Shown: positions 53,524 to 64,000 of the stretch, one piece after another | Numbering within the stretch: the first letter of the stretch is position 1 | Layout of the letters: the number at the start of each line of letters is the position of its first letter | DNA from: the human T2T-CHM13v2.0 reference genome, Homo sapiens | Assembly (NCBI RefSeq): GCF_009914755.1 | Contig: NC_060925.1 | Reading direction: 5' to 3' (one strand) | DNA: 64,000 nucleotides | Program-made: the position numbers and the translations under genes | The notes under the pieces: generated by a model | Databases searched by the model: none | What the model saw: the letters and a program-made list of their open reading frames with translations, nothing else | Told to the model about the DNA's origin: nothing

Positions 53524-56500
53524 TTACACAGAGCAGACTTGAAACACTCTTTTTGTGGAATTTGCAATTGGAGATTTCAGCCGCTTTGAGGTCAATGGTA
53601 GAAAAGGAAATATCTTCGTATAAAGACTAGACAGAATGATTCTCAGAAACTCCTTTGTGATGTGTGCGTTCAAATCACAGAGTTTAACCTTTCTGTTCAT
53701 AGAGCAATTAGGAAACACTCTGTTTTAAAGTCTGCCAGTGGATATTCAGACCTCCTTGATTCCTTCGGTGGAAAAGGGATTTCTTCATATTCTGCTAGAC
53801 AGAAGAATTCTCAGTAACTTCCTTGTGTTGTGTGCATTCAACTCACAGATTTGAACGTTCCCTTAGACAGAGCAGATTTGAAACACTCTATTTGTGCAAT
53901 TTGCAAGTGTAGATTTCAAGCGCTTTAAGGTCAATGGCAGAAAAGGAAATATCTTCGTTTCAAAACTAGACAGAATCATTCCCACAAACTGCGTTGTGAT
54001 GTATTCGTTCAACTCACAGGGTTTAACCTTTCTGTTCATAGAGCAGTTAGGAAACACTCTGTTTGTAAAGTCTGTAAGTGGATATTCTGACATTTTGTGG
54101 CCTTCGTTGGAAATGGGATTTCTTCATATTCTCCTGGACAGAAGAATTCTCAGTAACTTCCTTGTGTTGTGTGTATTCAACTCACAGAGTTGAACGATCG
54201 TTTACACAGAGCAGACTTGAAACACTCTTTTTGTGGAATTTGCAAATGGAGATTTCAGCCGCTTTGAGGTCAATGGTAGAAAAGGAAATATCTTCGTATA
54301 AAGACTAGACAGAATGATCCTCAGAAACTCCTTTGTGATGTGTGCGTTCAACTCACAGAGTTTAACCTTTCTGTTCATAGAGCAGTTAGGAAACACTCTG
54401 TTTGTAAAGTCTGCAAGTGGATATTCAGACCTCTTTGAGGCCTTCGTTGGAAACGGGATTTCTTCATATTATGCTAGACAGAATAATTCTCAGTAACTTC
54501 CTTGTGTTGTGTGTATTCAACTCACAGAGTTGAACGATCCTTTACAGAGAGCAGACTTGAAACACTCTTTTTGTGGAATTTGCAAGAGGAGATTTCAGCC
54601 GCTTTGAGGTCAAAGGTAGAATAGGAAATATCTTCCTATAGAAACTAGACAGAATGATTCTCAGAAACTCCTTTGTGATGTGTGCGTTCAACTCACAGAG
54701 TTTAACCTTTCTTTTCATAGAGCACTTAGGAAACACTCTGTTTGTAAAGTCTGCAACTGGATATTCAGACCTCTTTGAGGCCATCGTTGGAAACGGGATT
54801 TCTTCATATTCTGCTAGACAGAAGAATTCTCAGTAACTTCCTTGTGTTGTGTGTATTCAACTGACAGAGTTGAACTTTCATTTAGAGAGAGCAGATTTGA
54901 AACACTGTTTTTGTGGAATTTGCAAGTGGAGATTTCAAGCGCTTTGGGGCCAAAGGCAGAAAAGAAAATATCTTCGTAAAAAAACTAGACAGAATCATTC
55001 TCAGAAACTGCTGCGTGATGTGTGCGTTCAACTCTCAGAGTTTAACTTTTCTTTTCATTCAGCGGTTTGGAAACACTCTGTTTGTAAAGTCTGCACGTGG
55101 ATATTTTGACCACTTAGAGGCCTTCGTTGGAAAAGGGTTTTTTTCATGTAAGGCTAGACAGAAGAATTCCCAGTAACTTCCTTGTGTTGTGTGCATTCAA
55201 CTCACAGAGTTGAACGTTCCCTTAGACAGAGCAGATTTGAAACACTCTATTTGTGCAATTTGCAAGTGTAGATTTCAAGCGCTTTAAGGTCAACGGAAGA
55301 AAAGGAAATATCTTCGTTTCAAAACTAGACAGAATCATTCCCACAAACTGCGTTGTGATGTGTTCGTTCAACTCACAGAGTTTAACCTTTCTGTTCATAG
55401 AGCAGTTAGGAAACACTCTGTTTGTAAAGTCTGTAAGTGGATATTCTGACATCTTGTGGCCTTCGTTGGAAACGGGATTTCTTCATATTCTGCTAGACAG
55501 AAGAATTCTCAGTAACTTCCTTGTGTTGTGTGTATTCAACTCACAGAGTTGAACGATCCTTTACACAGAGCAGACTTGAAACACTCTTTTTGTGGAATTT
55601 GCAACTGGAGATTTCAGCCGCTTTGAAGTCAATGGTAGAAAAGGAAACTATCTTCATATAAAGACTAGACAGAATGATTCTCAGAATATCTTTTGTGATG
55701 TGTGCGTTCAACTCACAGAGTTTAACTTTTCTTCTCATAGAGCAGTTAGGAAACACTCTGTTTGTAAAGTCTGCAAGTGGATATTCAGACCTCTTTGAGG
55801 CCTTCGTTGGAAACGGGATTTCTTCATATTCTGCTAGACAGAATAATTCTCAGTAACTTCCTTGTGTTGTGTGTATTCAACTCACAGAGTTGAAGGATCC
55901 TTTACAGAGAGCAGGCTTGAAACACTCTTTTTGTCGAATTTGCAAGTGGAGATTTCAGCCGCTTTGAGGTCAATGGTAGAATAGGAAATATCTTCTTATA
56001 GAAACTAGACAGAATGATTCTCATAAACTCCTTTGTGATGTGTGCGTTCAACTCACAGAGTTTAACCTTTCTTTTCACAGAGCAGTTAGGAAACACTCTG
56101 TTTGAAAAGTCTGCAAGTGGATATTCAGACCTCCTTGAGGCCTTCGTTGGAAACGGGATTTATTCATATTCTGCTAGACAGAAGAATTCTCAGTAACTTC
56201 CTTGTGTTGTGTTTATTCAACTCACAGAGTTGAATGATCCTTTACACAGAGCAGACTTGAAACACTCTTTTTGTGGAATTTGCAAGTGGAGATTTCAGCC
56301 GCTTTGAGGTCAATGGTAGAAAAGTAAATATCTTCGTATAAAGACTAGACAGAATGATTCTCAGAAACTCCTTTGTGATGTGTGCGTTCAACTCACAGAG
56401 TTTAACCTTTCTGTTCATAGAGCAGTTAGGAAACACTCTGTTTGTAAAGTCTGCAAGTGGATACTCAGACCTCCTTGAGGCCTTCGTTGGAAACGGGATT

Positions 56501-59500
56501 TCTTCATATTCTGCTAGACAGAAGAATTCTCAGTAACTTCCTTGTGTTGTGTGTACTCAACTCACAGAGTTGAACGATCCTTTACACAGAGCAGACTTGA
56601 AACACTCTTTTTGTGGAATTTGCAATTGGAGATTTCAGCCGCTTTGAGGTCAATGGTAGAAAAGGAAATATCTTCGTATAAAGACTAGACAGAATGATTC
56701 TCAGAAACTCCTTTGTGATGTGTGCGTTCAAATCACAGAGTTTAACCTTTCTGTTCATAGAGCAATTAGGAAACACTCTGTTTTAAAGTCTGCCAGTGGA
56801 TATTCAGACCTCCTTGATTCCTTCGGTGGAAAAGGGATTTCTTCATATTCTGCTAGACAGAAGAATTCTCAGTAACTTCCTTGTGTTGTGTGCATTCAAC
56901 TCACAGATTTGAACGTTCCCTTAGACAGAGCAGATTTGAAACACTCTATTTGTGCAATTTGCAAGTGTAGATTTCAAGCGCTTTAAGGTCAATGGCAGAA
57001 AAGGAAATATCTTCGTTTCAAAACTAGACAGAATCATTCCCACAAACTGCGTTGTGATGTATTCGTTCAACTCACAGGGTTTAACCTTTCTGTTCATAGA
57101 GCAGTTAGGAAACACTCTGTTTGTAAAGTCTGTAAGTGGATATTCTGACATTTTGTGGCCTTCGTTGGAAATGGGATTTCTTCATATTCTCCTGGACAGA
57201 AGAATTCTCAGTAACTTCCTTGTGTTGTGTGTATTCAACTCACAGAGTTGAACGATCGTTTACACAGAGCAGACTTGAAACACTCTTTTTGTGGAATTTG
57301 CAAATGGAGATTTCAGCCGCTTTGAGGTCAATGGTAGAAAAGGAAATATCTTCGTATAAAGACTAGACAGAATGATCCTCAGAAACTCCTTTGTGATGTG
57401 TGCGTTCAACTCACAGAGTTTAACCTTTCTGTTCATAGAGCAGTTAGGAAACACTCTGTTTGTAAAGTCTGCAAGTGGATATTCAGACCTCTTTGAGGCC
57501 TTCGTTGGAAACGGGATTTCTTCATATTATGCTAGACAGAATAATTCTCAGTAACTTCCTTGTGTTGTGTGTATTCAACTCACAGAGTTGAACGATCCTT
57601 TACAGAGAGCAGACTTGAAACACTCTTTTTGTGGAATTTGCAAGAGGAGATTTCAGCCGCTTTGAGGTCAAAGGTAGAATAGGAAATATCTTCCTATAGA
57701 AACTAGACAGAATGATTCTCAGAAACTCCTTTGTGATGTGTGCGTTCAACTCACAGAGTTTAACCTTTCTTTTCATAGAGCACTTAGGAAACACTCTGTT
57801 TGTAAAGTCTGCAACTGGATATTCAGACCTCTTTGAGGCCATCGTTGGAAACGGGATTTCTTCATATTCTGCTAGACAGAAGAATTCTCAGTAACTTCCT
57901 TGTGTTGTGTGTATTCAACTGACAGAGTTGAACTTTCATTTAGAGAGAGCAGATTTGAAACACTGTTTTTGTGGAATTTGCAAGTGGAGATTTCAAGCGC
58001 TTTGGGGCCAAAGGCAGAAAAGAAAATATCTTCGTAAAAAAACTAGACAGAATCATTCTCAGAAACTGCTGCGTGATGTGTGCGTTCAACTCTCAGAGTT
58101 TAACTTTTCTTTTCATTCAGCGGTTTGGAAACACTCTGTTTGTAAAGTCTGCACGTGGATATTTTGACCACTTAGAGGCCTTCGTTGGAAAAGGGTTTTT
58201 TTCATGTAAGGCTAGACAGAAGAATTCCCAGTAACTTCCTTGTGTTGTGTGCATTCAACTCACAGAGTTGAACGTTCCCTTAGACAGAGCAGATTTGAAA
58301 CACTCTATTTGTGCAATTTGCAAGTGTAGATTTCAAGCGCTTTAAGGTCAACGGAAGAAAAGGAAATATCTTCGTTTCAAAACTAGACAGAATCATTCCC
58401 ACAAACTGCGTTGTGATGTGTTCGTTCAACTCACAGAGTTTAACCTTTCTGTTCATAGAGCAGTTAGGAAACACTCTGTTTGTAAAGTCTGTAAGTGGAT
58501 ATTCTGACATCTTGTGGCCTTCGTTGGAAACGGGATTTCTTCATATTCTGCTAGACAGAAGAATTCTCAGTAACTTCCTTGTGTTGTGTGTATTCAACTC
58601 ACAGAGTTGAACGATCCTTTACACAGAGCAGACTTGAAACACTCTTTTTGTGGAATTTGCAACTGGAGATTTCAGCCGCTTTGAAGTCAATGGTAGAAAA
58701 GGAAACTATCTTCATATAAAGACTAGACAGAATGATTCTCAGAATATCTTTTGTGATGTGTGCGTTCAACTCACAGAGTTTAACTTTTCTTCTCATAGAG
58801 CAGTTAGGAAACACTCTGTTTGTAAAGTCTGCAAGTGGATATTCAGACCTCTTTGAGGCCTTCGTTGGAAACGGGATTTCTTCATATTCTGCTAGACAGA
58901 ATAATTCTCAGTAACTTCCTTGTGTTGTGTGTATTCAACTCACAGAGTTGAAGGATCCTTTACAGAGAGCAGGCTTGAAACACTCTTTTTGTCGAATTTG
59001 CAAGTGGAGATTTCAGCCGCTTTGAGGTCAATGGTAGAATAGGAAATATCTTCTTATAGAAACTAGACAGAATGATTCTCATAAACTCCTTTGTGATGTG
59101 TGCGTTCAACTCACAGAGTTTAACCTTTCTTTTCACAGAGCAGTTAGGAAACACTCTGTTTGAAAAGTCTGCAAGTGGATATTCAGACCTCCTTGAGGCC
59201 TTCGTTGGAAACGGGATTTATTCATATTCTGCTAGACAGAAGAATTCTCAGTAACTTCCTTGTGTTGTGTTTATTCAACTCACAGAGTTGAATGATCCTT
59301 TACACAGAGCAGACTTGAAACACTCTTTTTGTGGAATTTGCAAGTGGAGATTTCAGCCGCTTTGAGGTCAATGGTAGAAAAGTAAATATCTTCGTATAAA
59401 GACTAGACAGAATGATTCTCAGAAACTCCTTTGTGATGTGTGCGTTCAACTCACAGAGTTTAACCTTTCTGTTCATAGAGCAGTTAGGAAACACTCTGTT

Positions 59501-59639
59501 TGTAAAGTCTGCAAGTGGATACTCAGACCTCCTTGAGGCCTTCGTTGGAAACGGGATTTCTTCATATTCTGCTAGACAGAAGAATTCTCAGTAACTTCCT
59601 TGTGTTGTGTGTACTCAACTCACAGAGTTGAACGATCCT
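53524..59639 (+). repeat. Tandem duplication of a 3058-bp (9-dimer) unit
   Basis: The ORF series 53524..56242 repeats with identical translations at 56582..59300. Markers include gcaattgg, ccttgattccttcggtgg, ctcctggac and caagagga. Confidence 0.94.
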
Positions 59640-62600
59640 TTACACAGAGCAGACTTGAAACACTCTTTTTGTGGAATTTGCAAGTGGAGATTTCAGCCGC
59701 TTTGAGGTCAATAGTAGAAAAGGAAATATCTTCGTAGAAAAACTAGACAGAATGATTCTCAGAAACTCCTTTGTGATGTGTGTGTTCAACTCACAGAGTT
59801 TAACCTTTCTTTTCATAGAGCAGTTAGTAAACACTCTGTTTATAAAGTCTGCAAGTGGATATTCAGACCCCTTTGAGGCCTTCGTTGGAAACGGGATTTC
59901 TTCATATTCTGCTAGACAGAAGAATTCTCAGTAACTTCCTTGTGTTGTGTGTATTCAACTGACAGAGTTCAACTTTCATTTAGAGAGAGCAGATTTGAAA
60001 CACTGTTTTTGTGGAATTTGCAAGTGGAGATTTCAGCCGCTTTGAGGTCAATGGTAGAAAAGGAAACAATCTTCATATAAAGACTAGACAGAATGATTCT
60101 CAGAAAATCTTTTGTGATGTGTGCGTTCAACTCACAGAGTTTAACTTTTCTTCTCATAGAGCAGTTAGGAAACACTCTGTTTGTAAAGTCTGCAAGTGCA
60201 TATTCGGACCTCTTTGAGGCCTTCGTTGGAAACGGGATTTCTTCATATTATGCTAGACAGAATAATTCTCAGTAACTTCCTTGTGTTGTGTGTATTCAAC
60301 TCACAGAGTTGAAGGATCCTTTACAGAGAGCAGGCTTGAAACACTCTTTTTGTCGAATTTGCAAGTGGAGATTTCAGCCGCTTTGAGGTCAATGGTAGAA
60401 TAGGAAATATCTTCTTATAGAAACTAGACAGAATGATTCTCAGAAACTCCTTTGTGATGTGTGCGTTCAACTCACAGAGTTTAACCTTTCTGTTCATAGA
60501 GCAGTTAGGAAACACTCTGTTTGTAAAGTCTGCAAGTGGATATTCAGACCTCCTTGAGGCCTTCTTTGGAAACGGGATTTCTTCATATTCTGCTAGACAG
60601 AAGAATTCTCAGTAACTTCCTTGTGTTGTGTTTATTCAACTCACAGAGTTGAATGATCCTTTACACAGAGCAGACTTGAAACACTCTTTTTGTGGAATTT
60701 GCAAGTGGAGATTTCAGCCGCTTTGAGGTCAATGGTAGAAAAGTAAATATCTTCGTATAAAGACTAGACAGAATGATTCTCAGAAACTCCTTTGTGATGT
60801 GTGCGTTCAACTCACAGAGTTTAACCTTTCTGTTCATAGAGCAGTTAGGAAACACTCTGTTTGTAAAGTCTGCAAGTGGATATTCAGACCTCTTTGAGGC
60901 CTTCGTTGGAAACGGGATTTCTTCATATTCTGCTAGACAGAAGAATTCTCAGTAACTTCCTTGTGTTGTGTGTATTCTACTCACAGAGTTGAACGATCCT
61001 TTACACAGAGCAGACTTGAAACACTCTTTTTGTGGAATTTGCAAGTGGAGATTTCAGCCGCTTTGAGGTCAATAGTAGAAAAGGAAATATCTTCGTAGAA
61101 AAACTAGACAGAATGATTCTCAGAAACTCCTTTGTGATGTGTGTGTTCAACTCACAGAGTTTAACCTTTCTTTTCATAGAGCAGTTAGTAAACACTCTGT
61201 TTATAAAGTCTGCAAGTGGATATTCAGACCCCTTTGAGGCCTTCGTTGGAAACGGGATTTCTTCATATTATGCTAGACAGAAGAATTCTCAGTAACTTCC
61301 TTGTGTTGTGTGTATTCAACTGACAGAGTTGAACTTTCATTTAGAGAGAGCAGATTTGAAACACTGTTTTTGTGGAATTTGCAAGTGGAGATTTCAAGCG
61401 CTTTGGGGCCAAAGGCAGAAAAGGAAATATCTTCGTATAAAAACTAGACAGAATCATTCTCAGAATCTGCTGCGTGATGTGTGCGTTCAACTCTCAGAGT
61501 TTAACTTTTCTTTTCATTCAGCGGTTTGGAAACACTCTGTTTGTAAAGTCTGCACGTGGATATTTTGACCACTTAGAGGCCTTCGTTGGAAACGGGTTTT
61601 TTTCATGTAAGGCTAGACAGAAGAATTCCCAGTAACTTCCTTGTGTTGTGTGCATTCAACTCACAGAGTTGAACGTTCCCTTAGACAGAGCAGATTTGAA
61701 ACACTCTATTTGTGCAATTTGCAAGTGTAGATTTCAAGCGCTTTAAGGTCAATGGCAGAAAAGGAAATATCTTCGTTTCAAAACTAGACAGAATCATTCC
61801 CACAAACTGCGTTGTGATGTGTTCGTTCAACTCACAGAGTTTAACCTTTCTGTTCATAGAGCAGTTAGGAAACACTCTGTTTGTAAAGTCTGCAAGTGGA
61901 TATTCAGACCTCCTTGAGGCCTTCGTTGGAAACGGGATTTCTTCATATTCTGCTAGACAGAAGAATTCTCAGTAACTTCCTTGTGTTGTGTGTATTCAAC
62001 TCACAGAGTTGAACGATCCTTTACAGAGAGCAGACTTGAAACACTCTTTTTGTGGAATTTGCAAGTGGAGATTTCAGCCGCTTTGGGGTCAATGGTAGAA
62101 TAGGAAATATCTTCCTATAGAAACTAGACAGAATCATTCTCATAAACTCCTTTGTGATGTGTGCGTTCAACTCACAGAGTTTAACTTTTCTTTTCATAGA
62201 GCAGTTAGGAAACACTCTGTTTGTAAAGTCTGCAAGTGGATATTCAGACCTCTTTGAGGCCTTCGTTGGAAACGGGATTTCTTCATATTATGCTAGACAG
62301 AATAATTCTCAGTAACTTCCTTGTTTTGTGTGTATTCAACTCACAGAGTTGAACGATCCTTTACAGAGAGCAGACTTGAAACACTCTTTTTGTGGAATTT
62401 GCAAGTGGAGATTTCAGCCGCTTTGAGGTCTATGGTAGAAAAGGAAATATCTTCGTATAAAGACTAGACAGAATGATTCTCAGAAACTCCTTTGTGATGT
62501 GTGCGTTCAACTCACAGAGTTTAACCTTTCTTTTCATAGAGCAGTTATTAAACACTCTGTTTGTAAAGTCTGCAAGTGGATATTCAGACCTCCTTGAGGC

Positions 62601-64000
62601 CTTCGTTGGAAACGGGATTTCTTCATATTCTGCTAGACAGAAGAATTCTCAGTAACTTCCTTGTGTTGTGTGTATTCAACTCACAGAGTTGAACGATGCT
62701 TTACACAGAGCAGACTTTAAACACTCTTTTTGTGGAATTTGCAAGTGGAGATTTCAGCCGCTTTGAGGTCAATGGTAGAAAAGGAAATATCTTCGAACAA
62801 AGACTTGACAGAATGATTCTCAGAAACTCCTTTGTGATGTGTGCGTTCAACTCACAGAGTTTAACTTTTCTTTTCATAGAGCAGTTAGGAAACACTCTGT
62901 TTGTAAAGTCTGCAAGTGTATATTCAGATCTCTTTGAGGCCTTCGTTGGAAACGGGATTTCTTCATATTATGCTAGACAGAATAATTCTCAGTAACTTCC
63001 TTGTGTTGTGTGTATTCAACTCACAGAGTTGAACGATCCTTTACAGAGAGCAGACTTGAAACACTCTTTTTGTGGAATTTGCAAGTGAAGATTTCAGCCG
63101 CTTTGAGGTCAATGGTAGAATAGGAAATATCTTCCTATAGAAACTAGACAGAATGATTCTCAGAAACTATTTTGTGATGTGTGCGTTCAACTCACAGAGT
63201 TTAACTTTTCTTTTCATAGACCAGTTAGGAAACACTCTGTTTGTAAAGTCTGCAAGTGGATATTCAGACATCTTTGAGGCCTTCGTTGGAAACGGGATTT
63301 CTTCATATTCTGCTAGACAGAAGAATTCTCAGTAACTCCCTTGTGTTGTGTGTATTCAACTCACAGAGTTGAACGATCCTTTACACAGAGCAGACTTGAA
63401 ACAATCTTTTTGTGGAATTTGCAAGTGGAGATTTCAGCCGCTTTGAGGTCAATAGTAGAAAAGGAAATATCTTCGTAGAAAAACTAGACAGAATGATTCT
63501 CAGAAACTCCTTTGTGATGTGTGTGTTCAACTCACAGAGTTTAACCTTTCTTTTCATAGAGCAGTTAGTAAACACTCTGTTTATAAAGTCTGCAAGTGGA
63601 TATTCAGACCCCTTTGAGGCCTTCGTTGGAAACGGGATTTCTTCATATTATGCTCGACAGAAGAATTCTCAGTAACTTCCTTGTGTTGTGTGTATTCAAC
63701 TGACAGAGTTGAACTTTCATTTAGAGAGAGCAGATTTGAAACACTGTTTTTGTGGAATTTGCAAGTGGAGATTTCAAGCGCTTTGGGGCCAAAGGCAGAA
63801 AAGGAAATATCTTCGTATAAAAACTAGACAGAATCATTCTCAGAAACTGCTGCGTGATGTGTGCGTTCAACTCTCAGAGTTTAACTTTTCTTTTCATTCA
63901 GCGGTTTGGAAACACTCTGTTTGTAAAGTCTGCACGTGGATATTTTGACCACTTAGAGGCCTTCGTTGGAAACGGGTTTTTTGCATGTAAGGCTAGACAG

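Larger units (their letters stand above)
1..64000 (+). repeat. Alpha satellite tandem array, SF1 dimeric (~340 bp; ~188 dimers), D1Z7/D5Z2/D19Z3-like (S1C1/5/19H1L)
   Basis: Continuous ~170/340-bp periodicity (ORF starts recur every 339-341 bp). Typical alphoid motifs are present (aattctcagtaacttccttgtgttgtgtgtattcaactcacagagttgaac; ctagacagaatgattctcagaaact). CENP-B boxes fall in alternate monomers and EcoRI GAATTC occurs about once per dimer. Family assignment is from recalled similarity, not a database search. Confidence 0.97.
46900..64000 (+). repeat. Tandem duplication of an 8155-bp (24-dimer) unit; second copy is interrupted by a 3058-bp duplication and runs off the window end
   Basis: 47067-55222 match at +8155. 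Matches 47067-58280, 48756-59969, 51483-62696 and 52475-63688 are at +11213, which equals 8155+3058. Confidence 0.9.

Noticed and set aside
100-63948. Hundreds of 60-108 aa ORFs on both strands (MILRNSFVMC..., MFPNCSMKRK..., MCIQLTEL...)
   Set aside because: They are translations of the satellite unit recurring every 340 bp. Many start at non-ATG codons, and they are freely broken by frameshifts and stops with no sign of codon-level constraint.
1-64000. CRISPR-like or repeat-spacer array / novel prokaryotic system
   Set aside because: There are no unique spacers, since the entire unit is repeated, and no cas or other genes. The sequence is recognisable alpha satellite.
1-64000. Alu/L1/ERV insertion or strand inversion within the array
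   Set aside because: I saw no non-alphoid sequence, poly-A tail or target-site duplication. CENP-B boxes and the ORF pattern keep the same orientation throughout.
1-64000. Assignment to a specific chromosome (1, 5 or 19) or to the active kinetochore site
   Set aside because: The family is shared among the three chromosomes. Assignment needs k-mer mapping, and activity needs CENP-A/methylation data.

Overview
The whole 64 kb is one uninterrupted, single-orientation tandem array of primate (almost certainly human) centromeric alpha satellite. It is built from ~340-bp dimers of ~171-bp monomers, with a CENP-B box in every second monomer. This is suprachromosomal family 1 and closely resembles the D1Z7/D5Z2/D19Z3 (S1C1/5/19H1L) family; the chromosome cannot be assigned from this window. 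I see no genes, transposons, CRISPR arrays or inversions, and all listed ORFs are by-products of the repeat. Three dimer classes are distinguishable (my labels): Y ('actgacagagttgaactttcatttagagag...catgtaaggc'), Z ('gttcccttagacagagc...ctgacatcttgtggcc') and generic X, with an S subtype ('aatagtagaaaagg...ttagtaaac'). They are not arranged in one regular higher-order repeat. Private SNP/indel markers instead reveal nested tandem duplications with offsets 340, 1356, 2039/2040, 3058, 3059, 8155 and 8446 bp. There are also chimeric dimers, a 49-bp deletion present three times, local clusters of inactivated CENP-B boxes and a probable sub-40-bp gene-conversion tract. I found no new biological system; the interest lies in the readable mutational history of the array. 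Comparisons were made by eye and from the ORF track, so breakpoints are approximate unless stated.
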